Translations under genes and position numbers: made by a program
Source of the DNA: Candidatus Fervidifonticultor primus
GTDB taxonomy: Bacteria; Sysuimicrobiota; Sysuimicrobiia; Sysuimicrobiales; Humicultoraceae
NCBI GenBank assembly: GCA_031459855.1
Contig: JAVKHP010000001.1
Coordinates: 1,993,078-2,057,077, forward strand
DNA length: 64,000 nucleotides
Direction: 5' to 3'
Notes under the pieces: model-generated
The model's input: the letters and a program-made list of their open reading frames with translations, nothing else
What the model was told of the DNA's origin: nothing
Database searches by the model: none
Shown: positions 1 through 9,089 of the stretch, piece after piece
Numbering within the stretch: the first letter of the stretch is position 1
Layout of the letters: the number at the start of each line of letters is the position of its first letter

Positions 1-1924
1 CAAGGGCCCTCGCCAGTTGCAGGGCCATGTCGGTGACCCGTCGGGTGTGGTCGTGGGTCTCCCGGTGGCGCAGATCCAACGCGCGGGCCCACCCCTCGAT
101 GGTGGCGTCGTAGGCCACGGTCAGCTCCAGGCTGGACCGTTGGGCGCGCTCGAAGAGTTGGGCGTTGTCGATGGCGATGGCGCCCTGGCCGGCCAGCGCG
201 TCCAACAGGTCCAGCCACTCGGCGTCGGGGGTGAAGGGCGCCCGGTGAAACCCCTCCAAGACCCCTTTGATCTCCGCCTTGGCGACGAGCGGCACCGCGA
301 AGTGCGTCTGGAATCCTTCCACGTCCAGCAGCGCCGTCTTGGTGTAGGCCGGCGCCTGCGTCGGGTGCGTGACGATCACCCTCTGTTTCTCAAGGGCCGC
401 GCGGCCGGCCACGCCCTCTCCGAACCGCAGCCGGCCTCCCGCATACGCGCGCGTCCGGAACCCCCGGCTTGCCGCCGGTTCCAGCAGGTTGAGGCGGGGC
501 TGCGCCAGCAACACCCCGGCGGCGTCCAGGCGAAGCTGGATCACGGCCTGATCCAGCAGGATGTCCAACGTCAGGCGGAGGTCGAGACTGCCGCTGATGG
601 CCCGGTCCACGGTGCGCAGCGCCTGCAGGTGGGCTAGCCGGCGGAGGGTCTCCTCGTGCAGGCGCATCCGGCGCAACGCGGCGCCGGCCATCTCGGCCAG
701 AGCCAGCAGAAGCGCCATCTCCTCGGTCGTCACCTCCCTGGGGCGCGGAACCGCCACGAACAGGACACCGACCACCTCGGCCTCGACGCGGATCGGGACG
801 CACGCACCACCCCACCCCGGCGGCACCCCGGTCACGGTGGCGCTCAAAGGGTCGCGGGCGAACTCCGGGCTCCGGTGAGGTGCACCGGTGGCAAAGACCG
901 TGCCGGCGATGCCTTCGCCGGGCCGCAGCGGCGCATCGTGCAGCCCCGCAAACCATCCGCGGGTCACCGCGCTGCGCAGGTGTCCGGCGGCACGGTCGTA
1001 GAGCGAGACGGCCCCGCTGTCCGTCTCCAGGATGGCCAGGGTCTCGTCCAGGAGGATGGGCAGGGCGGCGTCCGTGGTGTCCGCCGTGCGGAGGGCAAAC
1101 GACACCCGGAGGAGAGCCTCCAACTCGGCCAATCGCCGTTCCTGCCGCTCTTGAGCTCGCCTGCGGTCTGTGATGTCGAAGCCGGTGGCGAGTCCCGCCG
1201 GCTGGCCCTCCCAATCGATCAGGCCAGCGGTGAAGTCCACCCAGCGCTCTTCGCCATCCTTGCACACGATCTTGAACTCGTACCGCTCCGGGACGTTCTC
1301 CCCGCGCTGTCGGGCCAGGCCGCGGTCGCGCACCAGGTCCTGGAACTCCGGGTGCACCACATCCCAGAATCGCTGGCCCAGCAGTTCGTCAAACGAGTAT
1401 CCGGTGAGCACCTGGGCGGCGCGGTTGGCGTAGACCACACGCTCGCCCTGGTAGATGACGATGGCGGTTGACGTGATGTCCGCCAGACGGCGGAACCACT
1501 CCTCGCGCTCGCGCAGCTGCTGCTCGATGCGCCGACGGTCGGTGACGTCCTCGATGGCCAGCAGGATCATGGGGGCCTTCTGACCGCGGCGGAACATGCG
1601 TCTGGCGTTGAGCAGCATGGTCCGGCGGCCGATGTGAGGGAAGTCGTGCACGACCTCGAAGTCGTCGAACGACGTGTTGAGGGGAAGGATCTCCTCCAGT
1701 AGCCGCCGCAGGGCGGGAATGTCCCACTGTCGGTTCCCCAGCTCGTAGAGCCGCCGCCCCTCTGTTTCGGCGGGCGTCGTCTGGAAGACCCGGTAGAACG
1801 CCCGGTTGGCGGTCAGGACGCAGAGCTCGGGGTCCAGGACGAGCAGCGGCTCGCGGATCGTAGCCACGATCGCCCCGGCCAGCCCGCGACCGCCACCTGG
1901 GATCCGTCTTCCCGATTCGGTCAC
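1..1924 (-). CDS. Sensor protein, PAS/GAF-like regions with HD(-GYP)-type C-terminal domain; partial, C-terminus beyond window edge
   Basis: Minus-strand frame stays open from the window edge to a GTG at 1922-1924 preceded by AGGAGG; absent from ORF track because it has no in-window stop. My hand translation gives ...MILLAIEDVTDRRRIEQQLRERE... and an HD-like ...HTRRVTDMALQLA... segment; antisense shadow ORFs in the track match this frame. An in-frame ATG near 2025 is an alternative start. Confidence 0.5.
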   Translation of the reverse strand, partial: MTESGRRIPGGGRGLAGAIVATIREPLLVLDPELCVLTANRAFYRVFQTTPAETEGRRLYELGNRQWDIPALRRLLEEILPLNTSFDDFEVVHDFPHIGRRTMLLNARRMFRRGQKAPMILLAIEDVTDRRRIEQQLREREEWFRRLADITSTAIVIYQGERVVYANRAAQVLTGYSFDELLGQRFWDVVHPEFQDLVRDRGLARQRGENVPERYEFKIVCKDGEERWVDFTAGLIDWEGQPAGLATGFDITDRRRAQERQERRLAELEALLRVSFALRTADTTDAALPILLDETLAILETDSGAVSLYDRAAGHLRSAVTRGWFAGLHDAPLRPGEGIAGTVFATGAPHRSPEFARDPLSATVTGVPPGWGGACVPIRVEAEVVGVLFVAVPRPREVTTEEMALLLALAEMAGAALRRMRLHEETLRRLAHLQALRTVDRAISGSLDLRLTLDILLDQAVIQLRLDAAGVLLAQPRLNLLEPAASRGFRTRAYAGGRLRFGEGVAGRAALEKQRVIVTHPTQAPAYTKTALLDVEGFQTHFAVPLVAKAEIKGVLEGFHRAPFTPDAEWLDLLDALAGQGAIAIDNAQLFERAQRSSLELTVAYDATIEGWARALDLRHRETHDHTRRVTDMALQLARAL

Positions 1925-2170
1925 TGGCGCGCCTCCTGGTGGGAGGTGGGAGAGGGGAATGTTCAGAGCGTCGTGGGCGGAGATTCCTGACCCCGCCGGC
2001 GGACCAGCCCCCGGTCCCTGAGGCACACCAATAATCATTAATTAGTTACCATGAATAGCACACCTGCGGCAAGGTGAGGGCAATGCCGGGGAAAGCACCC
2101 CAGCAGTCATTGGGCCACCATCACCTGGGAGAGATGAGTTCGCCCGACTGGAGGGTCACGGATGCGGCCG

Positions 2171-2449
2171 TTAGGCTGATGCGCCCGGCTCCCACGGGTG
2201 GTCGGGGTGGTGCGTGAACCGGGGCTGAAGTTGCCGACCCCGCACACCCAGGCGCTCTGCGTACTGCTGGGCGATGATCAGCTCCAGCAGCAGGCCCCAC
2301 TTCGCGGCCTCGGTCTGCGGGGGCGGTTTGCTGGGCCCTAACTTGTCCAGCCAGGCGTCGTGGGAGTCTTCCAGGGGGAAAGCCCGCAACGCGCCGTGTG
2401 TCCAGGACACCCCCGCGCGGTGCCAGCCGGCATTGCGCAATAGACGCAC
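2171..2449 (-). CDS. Small hypothetical protein (about 92 aa), possibly coupled to upstream permease
   Basis: Track ORF 2171..2482; central codons show high GC3 typical of coding; a GTG lies 1-2 nt after the permease stop. No recognisable domain. Confidence 0.25.
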   Translation of the reverse strand: MRLLRNAGWHRAGVSWTHGALRAFPLEDSHDAWLDKLGPSKPPPQTEAAKWGLLLELIIAQQYAERLGVRGRQLQPRFTHHPDHPWEPGASA

Positions 2450-2450
2450 C

Positions 2451-3506
2451 TCAGTATCCGAAGCGTGGGTCCAGGTAGTCACGCAGCGCGTCGCCGAACG
2501 CCCCCGCGGCCAGCACCGCCAGGGTCATCACGCCGCCGGGGATGGTGGCGATCCACCAGGCGTTCTGGAGGTAGTCACGCCCCTGGCTGATCGTCACGCC
2601 CCACGACGGCAGCGGGTGGGGGATGCCCAGGCCCAGGAACGAGAGGGCGGCTTCGGCCAGCATCTGCAGCGCGATCTGCAGGGTGGCCAGGATCACCAGC
2701 GGGGTCAGGATGTTCCGGAGGAGGTGGCGGCCCATGATGCGGGCGTGGCTGGCGCCCAGCGCCCGTGCCGCCTCCACGAACTCCTTCTCGCGCAGCGCGA
2801 GGGTCGAGCCGCGGGCCAGCCGGGCGAAGACCGCCCACCGGATGACCGACAGGGTGAGGATGACGTTGGGCACCGAGGGGCCCAGCATGGCCGCCATGAG
2901 GATGGCCAGCAGCAGCGGCGGGATGGCCAGCTGCACGTCGACCAGCGCCATCAGCACCGTGTCGGTCGTCCCCCCGGTGTAGCCCGCCACCAGGCCCAGG
3001 GCCGTGCCCACCACACCGGCGATGCCCACGGTGCTGGCGGCGACGAGCATCGAGACCCGCGCGCCGTGCACCACCTGCCCGAGCAGGTCGCGACCCAGCT
3101 GGTCGGTGCCAAACCACGCGATACTACCGTCGGGCAGCCGGGCGAGCGGCGGGTGCAGCCGCGCGTCCAGGCGCACGCTCAGCGGATTGTAGGGCACGGC
3201 CGCCGGGCCGACGAGCCCCGCCACCGCCGCAAGCAGCAGCAGCGCACCGGTGAGCACCACGCGCCGCCCCTTGCGGGTCGTCCACAGCCGGCGGCGGGGA
3301 CGCGCGGCGTCGCGCGCCTCGGCGTCGGCAGCCGCGCGTCGGCGACCCGCGCGGGCGGACGCGCCACCCGGTGCAGGTCCTGGTGCGGCTGCGGTGGGAG
3401 CGGTCGGCGCGGCGGGGCCTGCCGCAGCGTCCGACGCAGGACGCTCCGCCGGACGTCCGGCAGCTGCCGTGGGGTCGGGGGGCGTGGTGCGGTGGAGCGA
3501 GGTCAC
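2451..3506 (-). CDS. ABC transporter permease, DppC/OppC family (peptide/nickel type)
   Basis: C-terminal ...LLRNILTPLVILATLQIALQMLAEAALSFLGLGI...DYLDPRFGY typical of DppC; GTG start overlaps upstream permease stop (GTGA). N-terminal roughly 90 aa are Ala/Pro/Arg-rich and may be over-called. Confidence 0.85.
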   Translation of the reverse strand: MTSLHRTTPPDPTAAAGRPAERPASDAAAGPAAPTAPTAAAPGPAPGGASARAGRRRAAADAEARDAARPRRRLWTTRKGRRVVLTGALLLLAAVAGLVGPAAVPYNPLSVRLDARLHPPLARLPDGSIAWFGTDQLGRDLLGQVVHGARVSMLVAASTVGIAGVVGTALGLVAGYTGGTTDTVLMALVDVQLAIPPLLLAILMAAMLGPSVPNVILTLSVIRWAVFARLARGSTLALREKEFVEAARALGASHARIMGRHLLRNILTPLVILATLQIALQMLAEAALSFLGLGIPHPLPSWGVTISQGRDYLQNAWWIATIPGGVMTLAVLAAGAFGDALRDYLDPRFGY

Positions 3507-4423
3507 GTGTAGCGGATGCGCGGGTCGAGGTAGGCGTAGACCAGGTCGACCAGGAGGTTGAGCGCCACCACCGCCAGCGCGGCGAACGTCACCGCGGCCT
3601 GCACCACCGGGTAGTCGCGGTTGTTGATGGCGGTCACGATCAGCCGGCCCAGGCCCGGCCAGGCGAAGACCGTCTCCAGCACGACCACGCCGCCCAGCAG
3701 CGCCCCCAGCTGCAGGCCCAGCATCGTGACCACCGGGATGAGCATGTTGCGGTAGACGTGCCGCACGAGCACCGCCGGCTCCGCCAGCCCTTTGGCCCGG
3801 GCGGTGCGCACGAACTCCTGGCCCAGCGTCTCCAGCAGCCCGGCCCGGACGAGCCGGGTCATGACGCCGATCAGCTGCACCGAGAGCGTGATGGTGGGCA
3901 GCACCAGGTGCCAGACGGTGCCGCGCCCAAACGACGGCAGCCAGTGCAGCATGCGGGCGAAGACGATGATGAGCACCAGCCCCAGCCAGAAGTTCGGCAC
4001 GGCCTGGCCGACCAGCGAGAACACGCCGATGGCACGGTCCACGGGCGTCTGCACCCGGCGCGCGGCCGCAGACCCCAGCACGAAGCTGACCACGGTGGTG
4101 AGCGCGATCGCCGCGGCGGCCAGCTCGAGCGTGGCGGGCAGTCGCTCTACCACCATGGCAAAGGCCTGACGGCCCTCATGGTAGGACCGGCCCCAGTCGC
4201 CCGCGACCGCCTGGCGCAGGAAGAGGAGGTACTGGACCGCCAGCGGCCGATCCAGGCCCATCTTCGCCCGCTGCTCGGCCACCAGGTCGGGGGTCGCGAA
4301 CGTCCCCAGCAGCACCGCTGCCGGATCGCCGGGAATCACGCGGACGACCAGGAAGATGGCGGTGAGCACGCCCCAGACGACCAGCGTGGCGGCGAGGAGC
4401 CGGCGCAGCAGGTAGGTGCCCAT
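3503..4423 (-). CDS. ABC transporter permease, DppB/OppB family
   Basis: MGTYLLRRLL...VIPGDPA...LDPRIRY hallmark DppB N- and C-termini; 306 aa. Confidence 0.9.
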   Translation of the reverse strand: MGTYLLRRLLAATLVVWGVLTAIFLVVRVIPGDPAAVLLGTFATPDLVAEQRAKMGLDRPLAVQYLLFLRQAVAGDWGRSYHEGRQAFAMVVERLPATLELAAAAIALTTVVSFVLGSAAARRVQTPVDRAIGVFSLVGQAVPNFWLGLVLIIVFARMLHWLPSFGRGTVWHLVLPTITLSVQLIGVMTRLVRAGLLETLGQEFVRTARAKGLAEPAVLVRHVYRNMLIPVVTMLGLQLGALLGGVVVLETVFAWPGLGRLIVTAINNRDYPVVQAAVTFAALAVVALNLLVDLVYAYLDPRIRYT

Positions 4424-4482
4424 GGAGGCCGGGGACGGGGGCGGGCGCGGCGATGCCGCGCCCGCCCCCCAGGCGCGTGGCC

Positions 4483-6000
4483 CTACGGCGTCACCGAGAC
4501 CTCCGAGAGCGTGAAGATCTCACTGGGCGGCAGCTTGAAGCCCTGGACGCGCGTGCGGTAGGCGTAGCTCTCCAGCGCCTCGAAGAGGAACACCGCCGGC
4601 CCGTCGGTCCAGAGGATCTCCTGCACCCGCCTGTACAGCTCGCACCGGCGGTCGAGGTCCACCGTGGCCGCGGCCTGTTCCAGCAGCCGGTCGACCTCCG
4701 GGTTGGCGTAGCCGGTGCGCCGCGCCCGCGAGTGGTACAGGCGCCCCAGCGTGTAGTCGGCGTCGCCGGTGACGGCACCGGTGCCCAGCAGGTTCAGGTC
4801 CCAGTTGAGCTTGAGCAGGTCGTCCAGCCAGATGGCCCGCGGCTGCAGCGTGTTCTTCACCCGGATCCCTACCAGGGCCAGCTGGCCCGTGATGGCATCG
4901 GCGACCTCGCGCTCCTTGGGCAGCGCGTCGTTCCACTTCAGTTCGGTCTCGAACCCCCCGGGGTAGCCCGCCTCGGCCAGCAGCTTGCGGGCCAGCGGCG
5001 TGTTGAAGCCATGGAGGGGGAACTCCACGGCGCACAGGACGTTGGCCGCGATCGGGCCCCGCGCCGGCTTGGCGATGCCCGCCAGCAACGAGCTGGTGAT
5101 GGCGGGGATGTTCAGGGCGTGTCGGAGGGCCTGCCGGACCTTGGGGTGGTCGAAGGGCTTGCGGGTCGGATTGATCCACAGGAAGCGTGTGTAGTAGGTG
5201 GGGCCGATCTCGATCTTGATCTGCGCGTTGCCGCGCAGGCGCTTGATCTCCTCCGGGGTGAGCTGGACGGTCATGTCGATCTCGCCGGTCTCCAGCGCCG
5301 TGACCCGCGCCGACAGCTCGGGGATGTCCACGAAGACCAGCCGCTGCAGTTTCGGGATCCCGCGCTGCCAGTAGGCGGGGTTGGCCTCCAGCACCACGCG
5401 CGTGTCGCGCACGAACTCCACGAACCGGAACGGCCCGGTGCCCACCGGCCGTTCGGCGAACGCCGGCGTGGGCGGCGTGCCAGCCGGCACGATGTAGAGC
5501 ATCGTCAGGTTGGACAGCAGCGTCCCCATGGGTCCTTGCGTCCGGATCACCACCCGGTAGGAGTCGGGGGTCTCCACCGCCGTCACCGGGGTGAACAGCG
5601 GGGTGAGGGGGCCGCGCAGGGCGACCACCCGCTCCAGCGACGTCTTCACCGCGGCGGCGGTGAACTCGCTGCCGTCGTGGAAGCGTACGCCGCGGCGCAG
5701 CTGGAACTCCCACGTGGTGGGATCGACGATCCGCCAGCGCTCGGCCAGCGCGGGCTGGAACTTCTTGGCCGCCGGGTCCCAGGTCACCAGGGTGTCGTAG
5801 AGGTGACGGCCGAGAATGATTGAGATGCGCTCAGCGGCGGCAGGGCCGTGGGCGTCGAGGGAGACCACCCGCTGGGGGTAGGCGATGCGCAGCGTCCCCG
5901 GCGGGGCCGCGGGACCAGCGGGCGCGCCGCCCGCAGCCGCCAGGATCACCACCACCACCAGGGCGACGGCACTGCGACCAGCGGTTACCAGGTTCACCAT
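4483..6000 (-). CDS. ABC transporter substrate-binding protein, family 5 (peptide/nickel)
   Basis: 505 aa with N-terminal signal-like hydrophobic stretch and ...LRRGVRFHDGSEFTAAAV... motif typical of OppA/DppA-type binding proteins. Confidence 0.9.
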   Translation of the reverse strand: MVNLVTAGRSAVALVVVVILAAAGGAPAGPAAPPGTLRIAYPQRVVSLDAHGPAAAERISIILGRHLYDTLVTWDPAAKKFQPALAERWRIVDPTTWEFQLRRGVRFHDGSEFTAAAVKTSLERVVALRGPLTPLFTPVTAVETPDSYRVVIRTQGPMGTLLSNLTMLYIVPAGTPPTPAFAERPVGTGPFRFVEFVRDTRVVLEANPAYWQRGIPKLQRLVFVDIPELSARVTALETGEIDMTVQLTPEEIKRLRGNAQIKIEIGPTYYTRFLWINPTRKPFDHPKVRQALRHALNIPAITSSLLAGIAKPARGPIAANVLCAVEFPLHGFNTPLARKLLAEAGYPGGFETELKWNDALPKEREVADAITGQLALVGIRVKNTLQPRAIWLDDLLKLNWDLNLLGTGAVTGDADYTLGRLYHSRARRTGYANPEVDRLLEQAAATVDLDRRCELYRRVQEILWTDGPAVFLFEALESYAYRTRVQGFKLPPSEIFTLSEVSVTP

Positions 6001-6045
6001 GCACCTCCGTGATCTGCGCTCGATGTCCGTAGTCCGCGCTCGATC

Positions 6046-6062
6046 GAGTCACCGCGTGACTC
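6046..6062. promoter_or_regulatory. Perfect inverted repeat GAGTCAC-CGC-GTGACTC upstream of the peptide ABC operon; candidate operator
   Basis: 7-bp arms with 3-bp spacer about 50 bp upstream of the binding-protein start; adjacent direct repeat GCGCTCGAT occurs twice (about 6015-6043). Confidence 0.3.
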
Positions 6063-6142
6063 CACGTTCATCGTACCCGCCGGCACCCGCGAGCGTCTAC
6101 CGGCAGGACGCGCGCAGCCGTCTTGGGAATCGCTGCCCCGCG

Positions 6143-6385
6143 ATGCAGTTGGGGCTGACGGCGGCGTTGTGCGCCGCCCGTCCCGGTCCGGACCTGCGCA
6201 CGCGGATCCTCCATGACACCTCAGCGGTCCTGTTCGGCGCGTGGTGCCCGGGGGACGTGCCGGTCGACGCGGTCCGGGCGCACGTCGCGGAGCTCACGCG
6301 GCTCGCCCGGCGCGAGTGGTCCGAGGCCGCCATCGAGGCGCCGGTGGTGCTGGAGGCGGCGCGGGCGGGGTCCCAGGATTGCTAG
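6143..6385 (+). CDS. Small hypothetical protein (80 aa)
   Basis: In-frame ATG inside track ORF 5885..6385; very high GC3 across the 80 codons; stop lies 17 nt before the GTPase start, suggesting co-transcription. Confidence 0.4.
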   Translation: MQLGLTAALCAARPGPDLRTRILHDTSAVLFGAWCPGDVPVDAVRAHVAELTRLARREWSEAAIEAPVVLEAARAGSQDC

Positions 6386-6401
6386 AATAGAGGCCGGTAC
6401 C

Positions 6402-7379
6402 ATGCCTGCGAACCTGACGCCAGAGTACCTGGCCGCCGACCGGAAGTTCAAAGAGGCCACCACGCTCCAGGCCAAGCTCGCGGCGCTGGAAGAGATGCTG
6501 GCGGTGATCCCCAAGCACAAGGGGACCGAGAAGATGCAGGCCGACCTCAAGCGCCGCATCGCCAAGCTGCGCCAGGAAGCCCAGCGCCGGCGCGGTGCCG
6601 CCCGGGCCCGACCCTTCTACCACGTCGACCGTGAGGGGGCCGGCCAGCTCGTCCTCGTGGGCGGGCCGAACGTCGGCAAGTCGTCGCTCCTGGCGGCGCT
6701 CACCAACGCCCAGCCCGAGATCGCCGACTACCCCTTCACGACACGGGTGCCGCTGGCCGGGATGACGGCGTTCGAGGACGTGCCGATCCAGCTGGTCGAT
6801 CTGCCGCCCGTGAGTCCCGAGATGACCGAGGGCTGGCTGTACGCGCTGATCCGCGGCGCCGACGGCGCGCTGGTGGTGGTCGACCTGGCCGACCCCGACC
6901 TGCTGTCGTCCACCGAGCAGGTGCTGGCGCTGCTGGCGGCTGGCGGCGTCGAGATTACACCGCCGGGGACACCGCGCGGCCCGCGGCAGACGCCAGGGCT
7001 GTTCGTCGCGGCCAAGCTCGACGCGCCCGGTGCCCGGGACGCTCTGGAGATCTTCAAGGAGTTCTACGCTGCCCGCCTGCCGGTGCTCCCTGTCTCCGCC
7101 CAGCAGGACGTGAACCTCGGCGAGCTGCGCCGCGAGATGTTCCGGCTGCTGGGCAAGATCCGGGTCTACAGCAAGAAGCCCGGCAAGAAGCCAGACCTCG
7201 ACGTGCCCTTCATCCTCCCGCAGGGGACCACCGTCCAGGAAGCGGCGGGCGCCGTCCACAAGGACTTCGCAGAACGCCTGCGCTACGCGCGCCTGTGGCG
7301 GGCCGGCGAGTACGACGGCCAGATGGTCGGCCGCGACCACGTGCTGCGCGACCGCGACATCCTCGAACTCCACATGTGA
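6402..7379 (+). CDS. DRG-like (Obg superfamily) GTPase with C-terminal TGS domain
   Basis: N-terminal helical region ...KHKGTEKMQADLKRRIAKLRQE..., P-loop GGPNVGKSSL, TGS-like C-terminus. G3 reads DLPP and G4 reads AKLD, both deviating from consensus. Start chosen at internal ATG 6402 (AGAGG upstream); track ORF begins at 6213. Confidence 0.75.
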   Translation: MPANLTPEYLAADRKFKEATTLQAKLAALEEMLAVIPKHKGTEKMQADLKRRIAKLRQEAQRRRGAARARPFYHVDREGAGQLVLVGGPNVGKSSLLAALTNAQPEIADYPFTTRVPLAGMTAFEDVPIQLVDLPPVSPEMTEGWLYALIRGADGALVVVDLADPDLLSSTEQVLALLAAGGVEITPPGTPRGPRQTPGLFVAAKLDAPGARDALEIFKEFYAARLPVLPVSAQQDVNLGELRREMFRLLGKIRVYSKKPGKKPDLDVPFILPQGTTVQEAAGAVHKDFAERLRYARLWRAGEYDGQMVGRDHVLRDRDILELHM

Positions 7380-7547
7380 GCGGCAGGATGCGCCGGCTCC
7401 CGGGCCAGCCGGCGATCCGCGGGCAGCCACCGGGGCGTTCCGTGCAGGGATGGCCACGGCCCCATGGCGCAGCCGGTTCGGAGGTTCCGCCGGGACACAC
7501 GGCCGGAGGCTGTCGCCGGTCACCGGCCGTTGAGCGTCGGGCCTGCT

Positions 7548-8186
7548 CTACCAGCGGAGCAGACCCCGCAGGAATGCCAGCAAGCTGACCAGCAGGCCGA
7601 CCGTCACCAGCAAGATGGCCAGCGAGGCGGCGGCCACCGCGAGCCCGGCCAGCAGGAAGAGCACGTCCCGGTTCAGCAGCGCCAGGCCCAGCAGCATCAC
7701 CGCCACGGCCGGGGGCGTGTTCAGGAAGGGGAACGGTCCCAGCAGGATCAGGCCCATGAGCAGCATCGCCGCCGCCACGATGCGCACGCCGACCCGCTCG
7801 CCCGGCCAGAACCCGCGCGGCCGTGACCAGCGCTCGAGCGCCCGGATCATCGGCAGGCCGCGGTCCCGGAGGAGCTGGACCGTCCGCGGCGAGAGCACAC
7901 GGTCCCGCAGGGCTGCGGGCAGCCAGGGCCGCCCGCTCCCCCGCAGCATCTGGATCGCGAACACCGCGTAGATGGGGCCGACCACCGTTGATGACCCCGG
8001 GGGCAGCACCGGGATCAGCATGGGCAGGCCCAGCACGAGCATCAACAGCCCAAAGCCCCGGTCGGCGGCTTGGTCGAGCAGGTCGCCCAGCCGCAGGGGG
8101 CGGTCACCGGCGTCGCGCAGCGCCGTCTCGAGGATCGCGGAGAGGGAGGGGATCTCGGGGTCCGTGGTCACGCGTGCGGCGGCCAC
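7548..8186 (-). CDS. ExoD-family membrane protein (exopolysaccharide synthesis-related)
   Basis: 212-aa hydrophobic protein with ExoD-like pattern (...GFGLLMLVLGLPMLIPVLPPGSS...); family assignment from memory of the motif. Confidence 0.55.
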   Translation of the reverse strand: MAAARVTTDPEIPSLSAILETALRDAGDRPLRLGDLLDQAADRGFGLLMLVLGLPMLIPVLPPGSSTVVGPIYAVFAIQMLRGSGRPWLPAALRDRVLSPRTVQLLRDRGLPMIRALERWSRPRGFWPGERVGVRIVAAAMLLMGLILLGPFPFLNTPPAVAVMLLGLALLNRDVLFLLAGLAVAAASLAILLVTVGLLVSLLAFLRGLLRW

Positions 8187-8195
8187 CGTGCAGGA

Positions 8196-9089
8196 TCAGG
8201 GAAGCCGCATGCGGGGATCCAGGGCATCGCGCAGGCCGTCGCCCAGCAGGTTGAACGCCAGCACCGTCAGGAAGATGGCCAGGCCCGGGAACGTGGCCAT
8301 GTACCAGGACGAGAACAAGTAGGTCTGGCCCTCGCCCAGCATCGTTCCCCACTCGGGCGTGGGCGGCTTCACGCCCAGGCCGAGGAACCCCAGCCCCGCG
8401 GCCGTCAGGATGGCCGTCCCCAGCTGGAGGGTGGACTGCACGATCACCGGGGCCAGGCAGTTGGGCAGCACGTGTCGTCGCAGCACGCGCGGTGCCGAGG
8501 CCCCCAGGGCCCGCGCGGCCTCCACGTACACCTGGGTGCGGATCGACAGCGCCACCCCGCGCACCAGCCGGACGTACACCGGCGCGGTGGCCAGCCCCAC
8601 GGCCACCACCACGTTGGTGACGCCGACGCCCAGCACCGCGATCAGCGTCAGCGCCAGCAGGAAGCCCGGGAAGGCCAGCATCAGGTCCACCAGCCGCTGG
8701 ATTACGATGTCCACGCTGCCACCATAGTACCCGGAGACCAGGCCCACCGGCACGCCCAGGGCGGCGCTCAGGCTGACCGCCAGCACCCCGATCAGGAACG
8801 AGACCCGGGCGCCGTAGACGATGCGCACCAGCAGGTCGCGGCCCAGGTTGTCGGTGCCCAGCAGGTGCACCCGCGAGGGCGGCTGCAACACGCGCTCGAA
8901 GTTGGCCTCCGTCGGGTCCTCGGTGAAGAGCACGGGGGCCAGCAGCGAGCCGGCCAGGAAGGCCGCGAGAATCGTCAGGCCCACCACGGCGGTGCGGTGC
9001 CGGCGCAATCGGCGCCAGACGCCGGGCCGCGCCCGCACCTCCGCGGGGGCGGGCAGCCACCTAACCGTAGTGGATGCGCGGGTCGACAT
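8196..9089 (-). CDS. ABC transporter permease, DppC/OppC family
   Basis: ...LGTDNLGRDLL..., ...EAARALGAS..., ...GDGLRDALDPR... DppC motifs; overlaps upstream permease. Confidence 0.9.
   Translation of the reverse strand: MSTRASTTVRWLPAPAEVRARPGVWRRLRRHRTAVVGLTILAAFLAGSLLAPVLFTEDPTEANFERVLQPPSRVHLLGTDNLGRDLLVRIVYGARVSFLIGVLAVSLSAALGVPVGLVSGYYGGSVDIVIQRLVDLMLAFPGFLLALTLIAVLGVGVTNVVVAVGLATAPVYVRLVRGVALSIRTQVYVEAARALGASAPRVLRRHVLPNCLAPVIVQSTLQLGTAILTAAGLGFLGLGVKPPTPEWGTMLGEGQTYLFSSWYMATFPGLAIFLTVLAFNLLGDGLRDALDPRMRLP

Noticed and set aside
2274-3512. 412-aa plus-strand ORF
   Set aside because: Antisense shadow of the DppC-like permease; low-complexity Arg/Gly/Pro-rich translation typical of wrong-frame ORFs in high-GC DNA.
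3371-4561. 396-aa plus-strand ORF
   Set aside because: Antisense to the DppB-like permease; no motifs, His/Arg/Gly-rich.
4453-5823. 456-aa plus-strand ORF and 397-aa minus-strand ORF 4520..5713
   Set aside because: Both overlap the family-5 binding-protein gene in other frames; the binding-protein frame has clear family motifs.
6383-6388. TAGAAT as a -10 element for the GTPase gene
   Set aside because: The hexamer contains the stop codon of the upstream 80-codon ORF, so operon read-through explains it at least as well; kept only as a possibility.
6294-7523. 409-aa minus-strand ORF
   Set aside because: Antisense to the DRG-like GTPase, which has P-loop and TGS motifs.
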